A stretch of 49,739 bases of DNA. Origin: Sphingomonadales bacterium. GTDB lineage: Bacteria > Bacteroidota > Bacteroidia > Flavobacteriales_D > Crocinitomicaceae. The stretch lies in the NCBI GenBank assembly GCA_046074325.1, contig JBJTNX010000070.1:1-49739 (forward strand). Direction: 5' to 3'. Shown here piece by piece: positions 29,391-36,858 of this stretch. Under the pieces are notes generated by a model. That model saw only the letters and a program-made list of their open reading frames with translations. It was not told where the DNA came from and made no database searches. A program made the position numbers and the translations under genes. Numbering within the stretch: the stretch's first letter is position 1; each line of letters opens with the position of its first letter.

Positions 29391-30921
29391 TGTTGTCTTT
29401 GCTGAAAATATCTTCATTGCCTTCATCCATTTTACTTTTTATCGTGTAGGTAGAAAATTCTTGATTGAATTGAGATAAATTGGAGTTAATTGGGCCAGGG
29501 ATGTCGAGCGCCTCAACTTCATCGAGGTTTTCAAAACGGGCAAATTCCGGAACAAAACGCAGTCTTACGTTTTTGAGCGCACCATTTCGGTGCTTGGCGA
29601 TGATGATTTCTCCGATTCCGAGTGTAGAATTTCCATCTGCATCTTGGGTGAGGTCGTAGTACTCAGGACGATAAATAAACGAAACGATATCGGCATCTTG
29701 TTCGATAGCGCCAGATTCACGTAAATCGGATAGCATTGGGCGTTTGTCTCCACCTCGGGTTTCTACCGAACGACTCAGCTGAGATAAGGCGATAATGGGA
29801 ACGTTAAGTTCTTTGGCAATTTCTTTAATGGAACGAGATATAGTGGAGATTTCTTGCTCGCGGTTTCCGCCGCTTTTCGAATCTTTGGCACTCATGAGCT
29901 GCAAGTAATCGATGATGACGAGGTCTATATTGTGCTGCGCTTTGAGTCGACGACATTTGGCCCTAAAATCGAAGATATTGATGCCGGGTGTGTCGTCGAT
30001 GAAAATGGGCGCCTCAGCAAGTTTGCCAATGCGGCTGTGGAGTTGTTGGAATTCGTGTTCTTTGAGGTCACCTTTTCGAAGTTTTTCGGCAGGTAATCTC
30101 GATTCACTGGCTATTAAACGCTTCACCAACTGCACTGATGACATCTCGAGAGAGAAAATGGCGACGCCTTTTCCATATTCTACTGCGGTATTGCGCGCCA
30201 TAGAAAGTACAAAAGCGGTTTTACCCATACCAGGGCGAGCAGCCAATACGATCATGTCAGAGCGTTGCCAACCCGCGGTAACTTTATCGAGATCATGGAA
30301 GCCCGTTGGTATTCCCGAAACGCCATCTGTATTTTTGGAGGCCAATTCAATCTCGTGGATTGCTTCCTGAACAATGTATGACATCGAGCCCACTTGTTTG
30401 GACATGTTGTTTTCGGCAATACTGAAGAGATCAGCCTCTGCGTCATGGAGTAAATCAAAGACATCACGGGTGTCGTCGTAGGCGTCGCGAATGATCTTTG
30501 AGCTGACGCTGATGAGTTCTCGCTTGATGAATTTTTCAGCCAAAATACGCGCATGGTGCTGAACGTGGGCAGCACTGGCCACACGGGTTGTGAGGGAGCT
30601 TACATAACCAGCTCCACCTGCTAATTCAAGTTCGCCACTTTTTTGAAGTTGGTTGGTGACGGTAACGAGGTCTATGGGGTTTGTGGCCGCAAAAAGCGCC
30701 CGAATGGCCTTGAAAATATGTTGGTGACGCACATCGTAAAATGTTTTTTCAGACAAAATATCGATGGTGTCGTTGATGGCTCTGCTTTCGAGCATCATGG
30801 CGCCAAGTACAACTTGTTCGATATCAAGCGCCTGTGGCGGAATTCTGCCCATTTCTGCAAAAGGTTGCGTTGGCGTTTTGATACGGGAAATAGGTTTGCG
30901 ATTGTTATCCGGAGCGTCCAT
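29371..30921 (-). CDS. dnaB: Replicative DNA helicase DnaB
   Basis: Start chosen at ATG 30921 (MDAPDNNRK...). PPQALDIEQVVLGAMM N-domain, Walker A ARPGMGKT, IDYLQLM, SQLSR, RESG.IEQDAD. Confidence 0.9.
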   Translation of the reverse strand: MDAPDNNRKPISRIKTPTQPFAEMGRIPPQALDIEQVVLGAMMLESRAINDTIDILSEKTFYDVRHQHIFKAIRALFAATNPIDLVTVTNQLQKSGELELAGGAGYVSSLTTRVASAAHVQHHARILAEKFIKRELISVSSKIIRDAYDDTRDVFDLLHDAEADLFSIAENNMSKQVGSMSYIVQEAIHEIELASKNTDGVSGIPTGFHDLDKVTAGWQRSDMIVLAARPGMGKTAFVLSMARNTAVEYGKGVAIFSLEMSSVQLVKRLIASESRLPAEKLRKGDLKEHEFQQLHSRIGKLAEAPIFIDDTPGINIFDFRAKCRRLKAQHNIDLVIIDYLQLMSAKDSKSGGNREQEISTISRSIKEIAKELNVPIIALSQLSRSVETRGGDKRPMLSDLRESGAIEQDADIVSFIYRPEYYDLTQDADGNSTLGIGEIIIAKHRNGALKNVRLRFVPEFARFENLDEVEALDIPGPINSNLSQFNQEFSTYTIKSKMDEGNEDIFSKDNNEEDPF

Positions 30922-30925
30922 ACAA

Positions 30926-30933
30926 CAAATATA
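30926..30933 (-). promoter_or_regulatory. -7 box TATATTTG (minus strand), 4 nt upstream of the dnaB ATG (leaderless geometry)
   Basis: Minus strand reads TATATTTG-TTGT-ATG. Confidence 0.4.
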
Positions 30934-31016
30934 GCGAAAGGCGCCCTGAACCAAAAAAGTTCAGGAGGTATAGTTTTGAAAAAGTTGTGAAGGAAGGTTA
31001 TAAACAATTGTTGATA

Positions 31017-31664
31017 TCAACAAAGCTCTTTTAGGGCTTTTGGCGTGCCTATTGTTCTGGTAATCAGGTCTTTTTCGAATTTTGGCGAACGCGCTGGTGA
31101 ATATTCTCGCCCATAGAAAATAATCTGTAAATGCAATTTGTTCCAGGTGTGCTCTGGAAATAATTTCTTGGCATCGCGCTCTGTTTGAACCACGTTTTTC
31201 CCGCTGGTTAATCCCCAGCGTGTGAGGAGTCTGTGAATATGCGTATCGACCGGAAATGCCGCAAAACCAAAACCCTGCGACATGACAACCGAAGCGGTTT
31301 TGTGCCCAACCCCTGGCAAGCGCTCGAGGTCTTCGTAGGTTTGCGGTACAATCCCGTTGTAATCTTGGACCAGTATCTGTGAGAGTTCGCTTATGGCCGC
31401 CGCCTTTTTTGGTGACAATCCGCAGGGCCGAATGATTTGTTGTATTTGCGCGGTTGGCACCTTGGCCATATCGAACGGGTTATCGGCCAAAGCAAAAAGA
31501 GCAGGCGTTACGGTATTGACGCGCGCGTCGGTGCATTGTGCCGAAAGCAAAACCGCAATTAACAGCGTGTAGGGGTCTTTATGATCGAGTGGAATAGGTG
31601 TACTCGGATACAATTGCTCCAAGATTTCAATGACATAAGCCGCTTTTTCTTTTTTTGTTTTCAT
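31017..31664 (-). CDS. nth: Endonuclease III family DNA glycosylase/lyase lacking the C-terminal 4Fe-4S Cys cluster
   Basis: Start at ATG 31664, an ATGA overlap with the upstream gene. LLIAVLLSAQCTD, HhH-GPD LERLPGVGHKTASVV (catalytic Lys) and VDTHIHRL (Asp) are present. The C-X6-C-X2-C-X5-C motif is absent in all three frames. Confidence 0.85.
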   Translation of the reverse strand: MKTKKEKAAYVIEILEQLYPSTPIPLDHKDPYTLLIAVLLSAQCTDARVNTVTPALFALADNPFDMAKVPTAQIQQIIRPCGLSPKKAAAISELSQILVQDYNGIVPQTYEDLERLPGVGHKTASVVMSQGFGFAAFPVDTHIHRLLTRWGLTSGKNVVQTERDAKKLFPEHTWNKLHLQIIFYGREYSPARSPKFEKDLITRTIGTPKALKELC

Positions 31665-32524
31665 ATATAACCGAGTGTAAATAGGTGAAGGAAGCGGTTT
31701 TCGGTACTTAAAAATAAAATGATAAGTCCAAGAATAAGGTAGCGAGAAACCACAGAACCCGCTACAAAAATAATATCCGCACTTGCCCAGCGCCAACAAA
31801 TAAACGGTAGCAAGAATAACAAACTCAGCCAGATCTGAGCCCAGTAAAAACTAAAATGAATAGGGACTGTTTTGTAATAGAGACCATCTTGAAACCCGAG
31901 CGCTTTGGCTTGGTGAAGCCAAGGTGTATCGATACTAGCCAACGCTTTGACCTTCGTTAATTGCTGAGTATAATAATCGGCAGTCCAAAAATAGCGTCCG
32001 TCGGTACTTTCGAAAAGTTGAACGCTGTGTCCGTCAACACTGCCATAGGTATGTATTCCATATGCTTTTACCAGAATGGGGTTTTGCTTGGCTGGCAAAA
32101 AATAATCGATCCATAGGACGAAAGTTAGAATGATTCCTGCATAGGCTACAAAACGGTGCCAAAGGCCATTTTTTCCGGATTTGAGTTTATTTAAATAGGC
32201 TATTCTGTAGGCTTCTTCTTTTTGTTGTTTTTGTCTTAATTTTTCTCTTGTGGCTTCTCTTCTGATGCGATAGGCCTCTAAATCTTCCGCGTAGGTCGCC
32301 TGGGTTTTTTGCTGTTGTTGGGTAACTGTTGCTGGGTTAATGACCTGGCCAGTACTGATTTGTTCGTAAGCTTCTTGTATGGCCAAGAAGTGTGCGGCCG
32401 CATCTTCGCTCTTATTTTTATCGGGGTGGTATTTTTTTACCAACGCACGGTAGGCTTTCCGGATTTCAGCAGCCGATGCATTCGGTTGAATGCCCAATAT
32501 CTTAAAGGGATCTCCAATCGTCAT
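31661..32524 (-). CDS. J-domain (DnaJ-like) membrane protein
   Basis: 287 aa. N-terminal J domain with an HPD motif (DPFKILGI...YRALVKKYHPDKN), a charged linker, then several TM segments. Confidence 0.75.
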   Translation of the reverse strand: MTIGDPFKILGIQPNASAAEIRKAYRALVKKYHPDKNKSEDAAAHFLAIQEAYEQISTGQVINPATVTQQQQKTQATYAEDLEAYRIRREATREKLRQKQQKEEAYRIAYLNKLKSGKNGLWHRFVAYAGIILTFVLWIDYFLPAKQNPILVKAYGIHTYGSVDGHSVQLFESTDGRYFWTADYYTQQLTKVKALASIDTPWLHQAKALGFQDGLYYKTVPIHFSFYWAQIWLSLLFLLPFICWRWASADIIFVAGSVVSRYLILGLIILFLSTENRFLHLFTLGYI

Positions 32525-33515
32525 GGTTCAGCTTTTGAAGAATAGCATTGCGCCGGATTTTTTGAGTATCCGTACGCTCAAAGTGTGGGATGCACGCATA
32601 CTGTCTTGGTTTTTCTGCAGCGGTGAGTTGCAGGGTATCTAAAGCAGAAACGTCGGGTTTGGAGGTGGTTTCAAACACAATGACAACGCGTTCACCCCAT
32701 TTGGGATCAGCGAGGCCGGTAATAAAGAAAGGAATAGAAAAATACGGCGCCAATTTGGCTTCAAGGAATTCTGGGATTATTTTAAAACCACCAGAATTGA
32801 TGGCGTGGTCTGCGCGCCCCAACCAAGTGAATTGGGTCGAGTTATGGAGTTGTACCAAATCTTTGGTGCGCAATCCGTTTGGGTATAAGTGCGGATAGTG
32901 TATGCAAAGACAGTCATTTTCTTGCGAAAAAGTAATGCCAGGTAATGCTTCAAAATAGGGAGTTTCTGTAGGGCTAACTTTGCGCAAGGCAACATGTGAA
33001 AGCGTTTCGGTCATGCCATAGCTTTGCCAAACTTCGAGTTGGGCTTCTTGACAAGCCAAGACTTGTTCAGCGCTTAGCGCACCACCACCTACAAGAATTT
33101 TGGAGATTTTTTTTAATTGTTGTAAATCATGGGTTAAACTTTGTTGGAGCTGGGTCGGAACCATTGCTATGAAATCGATTGAAACGCTGAGGTCCTTCAA
33201 CGGACGCGAAGTTGGCGTGGTTAAAAACAAGTCGAAATCAGCCACCAAGGACCTCGCCATTAACATGAGCCCACCGACGCTGGTCAGGGGTAAACACAGA
33301 AGCGCACGGGTTTGGTACTTGAGGTCGAGAGCGGTAATACTTGCTTGTGCGGATTGAATTAATTGGTCTTTTTCAAAAGTATGTAATTGAGGATCGCCGG
33401 TTGTTCCGGAACTATGAATGGAAAAATTAAGGTTATTTTCCCAGCGTTGCAGAAATTGTAGGGCCGTATCTCTGAGGCTCGGGTCTGAACTTAAAAAATG
33501 CCATTTGGGCTGCAT
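32502..33515 (-). CDS. Compact adenylate-forming (AMP-binding) enzyme, MenE/O-succinylbenzoate-CoA ligase-like
   Basis: 337 aa. Core motifs SSGTTGDPQ, YGMTET, GRADHAINSGGFKI and a C-terminal K. The start shares one base with the dnaX stop (TGATG). Confidence 0.7.
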   Translation of the reverse strand: MQPKWHFLSSDPSLRDTALQFLQRWENNLNFSIHSSGTTGDPQLHTFEKDQLIQSAQASITALDLKYQTRALLCLPLTSVGGLMLMARSLVADFDLFLTTPTSRPLKDLSVSIDFIAMVPTQLQQSLTHDLQQLKKISKILVGGGALSAEQVLACQEAQLEVWQSYGMTETLSHVALRKVSPTETPYFEALPGITFSQENDCLCIHYPHLYPNGLRTKDLVQLHNSTQFTWLGRADHAINSGGFKIIPEFLEAKLAPYFSIPFFITGLADPKWGERVVIVFETTSKPDVSALDTLQLTAAEKPRQYACIPHFERTDTQKIRRNAILQKLNHDDWRSL

Positions 33516-34123
33516 CAGTAATCGATATCGAGGTTGAAACGGTTTTTAAGTGTGTGCAAGTTTGGATTCTTGCGGGCAAGTGCCGCAAATTTATCTTTAC
33601 CCGTCAAGAATTTCACTTCGTCTTCATCGGGAGCTGCTTGTGTCAGGACAATATCTAGGTAGTAGTTATTGAGTTGCTTGCGCATGAATTCTTTGAAAGC
33701 AAGTAAATGTGTTTGAATGTAGTTGTATTGTACAAGATTATCGACAATCAATTCAAGTATTTCGTCGGATTTGAGAATGGGATCTCGTTTAATCAAGGCA
33801 TTGTAAAAGGTTTCCATGCCGTCCACCTTGAGCTGAAAAGCGTATTGTTTCCAGTACATCTTGACATGATCGAGGTGAAAGCCTTCTCTGGGCAGGTCTT
33901 CTTGACGAACCTGTTGCTGACCTGCTTTGTCTTTTTCTAGGGTTTCTTTAATTGAAATAATGTGCGCTTTGGTGGCTATTTGAGGCGCAGTTGTTTGTTC
34001 TGGAACCGGTATACTTGGTTTTTGATCAGCGATTTGTGGGGTGCTCGATTTGTTGGATTTACGCAGAGACTGCTTGGGAAAGGGCAGGATATCGATGCGG
34101 TCAGTTAGGCCTTTTTTTTTTCT
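33515..34123 (-). CDS. dnaX: dnaX -1-frame extension (tau-specific C-terminal region), open from the A10 run to the stop at 33515
   Basis: Hand translation of the -1 frame from 34123: RKKKGLTDRIDILPFPKQSLRKSNKSSTPQIADQKPSIPVPEQTTAPQIATKAHIISIKETLEKDKAGQQQVRQEDLPREGFHLDHVKMYWKQY..., with no stop. The tracked 33515-33859 ORF is only its Met-initiated tail. Confidence 0.7.
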   Translation of the reverse strand, partial: RKKKGLTDRIDILPFPKQSLRKSNKSSTPQIADQKPSIPVPEQTTAPQIATKAHIISIKETLEKDKAGQQQVRQEDLPREGFHLDHVKMYWKQYAFQLKVDGMETFYNALIKRDPILKSDEILELIVDNLVQYNYIQTHLLAFKEFMRKQLNNYYLDIVLTQAAPDEDEVKFLTGKDKFAALARKNPNLHTLKNRFNLDIDY

Positions 34124-35220
34124 TGCTCTTGCTTGAGTGAGCAGAGCTGCATGAGCGCAACCTCAATGAGGAGTCTTTGGTTTTTAGATGCTTTGTAGTC
34201 GACGTCGGTTTTTGACAAGACCTGTAGGCCTCTTAGCAGGCGTGTTGCCTCGATATCAGCAGCTTGCTGCATAAAGCGTTGTCTGATGGAGTCAGGTGCT
34301 TCGAGTAAATTGGCTGTTTGTGGATCTTTACAAACTAAGATATTGCGAAGGTGTTCGGCAAGGCCAACAACAAAATGGTGTCCGTCAAAGCCTTTTTCGT
34401 AGATGTCGTTGAGTATCAAGAGGGCCGCCGGAATATCTTCTTTTTCAGCTGCATCGACCACCTTGAAGTAATATTCGTAGTCGAGGATATGTAGGTTTTC
34501 GAGGACGTCTTTGTAAGTAAGTGTGTTGCCTGCAAAAGTAACGAGCTGATCAAAAATAGATAATGCATCGCGGAGGGCGCCATCGGCTTTCATCGCAATT
34601 TGATGCAGCGCTTCTGGGTCTGCAGATACGCCTTCTTTGGTGGCAATAGTACCGAGATGATCGGCGATATCTTTAACACGAATGCGCTGAAAATCAAAAA
34701 TTTGGCACCTCGATAAGATGGTTGGGATAATTTTATGCTTTTCTGTTGTAGCTAAAATAAAAATGGCGTGTTTTGGTGGCTCCTCCAATGTTTTCAGAAA
34801 AGCATTGAACGCAGAGGTCGAAAGCATATGGACCTCATCGATGATGTAAACCTTATGGCTTCCGAGTTGCGGCGCGATGCGCACTTGATCGATGAGGTTT
34901 CGGATATCGTCAACGGAATTATTCGATGCAGCATCTAGCTCATAGATGTTCAGTGAATTTCCTGTATGAAAAGACAAACAGGAGTCGCATTGGTCACAGG
35001 CTTCAATGGCTGAGGTAGGATTGAAGCAGTTGATGGTCTTGGCTAAAATGCGGGCGGTTGTGGTTTTTCCTACACCGCGAGAACCACAAAACAAAAATGC
35101 TTGAGCGAGGTGCTCATTTTTAATGGCGTTTTTGAGTGTATTGGTAATAGATTGTTGTCCAACGACGGTGTCGAAGGTTTGCGGACGGTATTTTCTTGCC
35201 GATACAACAAATTCACTCAT
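34105..35220 (-). CDS. dnaX: DNA polymerase III gamma/tau subunit, zero-frame product (371 aa, gamma-like)
   Basis: AAA+ clamp-loader core: YRPQTFDTVVGQ, Walker A GSRGVGKTTTARI, zinc module C..C..C, Walker B YIIDEVHMLS, SRC motif ILSRCQ. Ends ...QEQEKKKA-TAA immediately after the A10 run. Confidence 0.9.
   Translation of the reverse strand: MSEFVVSARKYRPQTFDTVVGQQSITNTLKNAIKNEHLAQAFLFCGSRGVGKTTTARILAKTINCFNPTSAIEACDQCDSCLSFHTGNSLNIYELDAASNNSVDDIRNLIDQVRIAPQLGSHKVYIIDEVHMLSTSAFNAFLKTLEEPPKHAIFILATTEKHKIIPTILSRCQIFDFQRIRVKDIADHLGTIATKEGVSADPEALHQIAMKADGALRDALSIFDQLVTFAGNTLTYKDVLENLHILDYEYYFKVVDAAEKEDIPAALLILNDIYEKGFDGHHFVVGLAEHLRNILVCKDPQTANLLEAPDSIRQRFMQQAADIEATRLLRGLQVLSKTDVDYKASKNQRLLIEVALMQLCSLKQEQEKKKA
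34111..34122 (-). other. dnaX: Slippery site: G AAA AAA AAA G (A10) containing A_AAA_AAG in the zero-frame phase
   Basis: Plus strand c-t10-c at 34111-34122. Zero frame reads GAA AAA AAA AAG GCC TAA. The -1 frame reads AGA AAA AAA AAA GGC CTA ACT... and stays open. Confidence 0.8.
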
Positions 35221-35224
35221 GTTT

Positions 35225-35232
35225 CAAAGATA
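35225..35232 (-). promoter_or_regulatory. -7 box TATCTTTG (minus strand), 4 nt upstream of the dnaX ATG (leaderless geometry)
   Basis: Minus strand reads TATCTTTG-AAAC-ATG. Confidence 0.4.
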
Positions 35233-35276
35233 CCGCATTTTTTGAAAAAGCACTGCTGAAGATATCAACACTTATT

Positions 35277-36797
35277 TCAATTTTTAAGCAATTGAAATTG
35301 ACTTTCGGCAACATTTAACAAATATACGCCGCACGGGAATGAACTCAAGTCTAGTTTTTCAGAAAGAGCACCATTTAAAAGGAGCTTTCCTCTGGCATCC
35401 AATAATTCAAAATTCTGTTGGGTTAAATGAGGCGGAATCTCAAAGAGACCACTGCTCGGATTAGGAAATATCTTGGGAAGGGTCGGGATTTCACTAACTG
35501 TATTTGTGCTGTCGTTTTGGTCGTAACGGTTTATATAAATTTTTAGCGAACCGCTACGAACATCGCCCCATATGGTGTAGAGCAGGTTGTTTTCAAATTG
35601 CACGCTTAAAAAATCGTTGCCGTTCTCAAGAAGAATGGAATCATCGGTCACCAAAGGACTTACAATAAATTCATTTTGCCATGATCCATTGGTCTGAATT
35701 CGGCAATAAATCTGACTAGGGCTCTGATATGTAGCTGGATTGCCATTGCGTCGATCTCGCCAGCAAACACCGAGGTCGCCATCGGTGTCGTAGTCGGCCC
35801 AAACCAGGTCTTGTATGGCACCGTTGCCTTGAACATCATTATTGACTCTGGCGGGCGCACCCCAGGTGCTGCCATTTTTTTCGATAAACGCGATATCAGG
35901 GTCGCCAAAAACTTCTGTTGTGAAGAAATAGGCAGCCTTATTTGAATTGGTTGAATGAAGCGCTAGATGAGGGCCGCTTTTGAGTGTATCATTTGACGTT
36001 CCGAACCCTAAACCTTGGAACGCCGTTTGATAACTGTAAAAGGAGGCAGGAGCCGTTTTACGGACCTCTATGATTCTTGGTAATATGCTTTGACTTGGTT
36101 CGTAACTTGGATACAAAGCCATAAAAGTGCCATCAGCTGCGAAGGCCGGCGATGGCATGGGTTGTTGAATGGCGCTTCCCGCCAAAAACGGAGCCGCATC
36201 CAAAATTTGCGTTTGAAAAGTATTGCCACCATCGCTTGACAGCGTAAGATACGGATGGTATGGCGCCAGCACCATTCCGGGTTGTTCAGCATTCATACTG
36301 GTAATGGCAACTGTACCTGTAAGTGGATCTACTGCAATCCATGGCCGATCTATACACAACTGGTTTGGGCAAGATGTAATTGACAACGCAACTACTGCTG
36401 CTCCCCATGAGAGACCGCCATTTGAGGATTTGCGGCAAATAATGGCGCCATTTGTAAAGTTGATGTTGTCGTAATCGATGTATGCCATATACAAGTTCCC
36501 ACTCGCGTCAAAACCGAGCGAGACATCGGCGCTGCTGTTAGAGGCCTGTTGGTGCGCTAACCAAATTGGTGTAGACCAAGTACTGCCGCCATCGGTTGAG
36601 ACAGCACTTTTAATAACGATTTTTTGGTTTGGTTGAAAGCCCATCCACGCAGCCACGAGGTGTTGGCTATTTTGAGGATGCACCGCCAAGTAAGGCTCAC
36701 CTTCAAAGAATGCGCCGCTTGACACTAAAGTATTTTGCGCAATTCCAATCATACAATTAAACAAAAATAGGTAGGTGAGTAAGGCCTTTGTTTTCAT
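35277..36797 (-). CDS. Secreted BNR/Asp-box (sialidase-fold beta-propeller) protein with T9SS CTD
   Basis: 506 aa with a signal peptide. Asp-box repeats STDGGSTW, SSNGGLSW, SSDGGNTF. C-terminal IFPNPSSGLFEI...GVYLLNV sorting domain. Confidence 0.75.
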   Translation of the reverse strand: MKTKALLTYLFLFNCMIGIAQNTLVSSGAFFEGEPYLAVHPQNSQHLVAAWMGFQPNQKIVIKSAVSTDGGSTWSTPIWLAHQQASNSSADVSLGFDASGNLYMAYIDYDNINFTNGAIICRKSSNGGLSWGAAVVALSITSCPNQLCIDRPWIAVDPLTGTVAITSMNAEQPGMVLAPYHPYLTLSSDGGNTFQTQILDAAPFLAGSAIQQPMPSPAFAADGTFMALYPSYEPSQSILPRIIEVRKTAPASFYSYQTAFQGLGFGTSNDTLKSGPHLALHSTNSNKAAYFFTTEVFGDPDIAFIEKNGSTWGAPARVNNDVQGNGAIQDLVWADYDTDGDLGVCWRDRRNGNPATYQSPSQIYCRIQTNGSWQNEFIVSPLVTDDSILLENGNDFLSVQFENNLLYTIWGDVRSGSLKIYINRYDQNDSTNTVSEIPTLPKIFPNPSSGLFEIPPHLTQQNFELLDARGKLLLNGALSEKLDLSSFPCGVYLLNVAESQFQLLKN

Positions 36798-36821
36798 TAT
36801 TTAAAATTGAATTAATTGCAA

Positions 36822-36848
36822 ATAAAAAAGCCACTCGAAAGTGGCTTT
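36822..36848 (-). terminator. Rho-independent terminator after the M16 peptidase pair
   Basis: Minus strand AAGCCACT-TTCG-AGTGGCTT followed by TTTTTAT, 11 nt after the stop at 36859. Confidence 0.75.
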
Positions 36849-36858
36849 AGACAATTGA

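Noticed and set aside
31665-31799. N-terminal 45-aa extension of nth, and similar extensions for dnaB (30922-30954), the pyrR-like gene (45103-45123), the riboswitch-controlled gene (46424-46456) and the 437-aa gene (29391-29426).
   Set aside because: The extensions overlap upstream genes, promoter boxes or the riboswitch platform, and they lack homology. The internal ATGs coincide with conserved N-termini, signal peptides or ATGA/TAnnTTTG junctions.
34060-34111. Search for a stimulatory stem-loop downstream of the dnaX slippery site, as in E. coli.
   Set aside because: Only trivial 4-bp pairings (CTGC/GCAG) and the self-complementary ATCGAT were found. No convincing structure is present, so none is reported as a feature.
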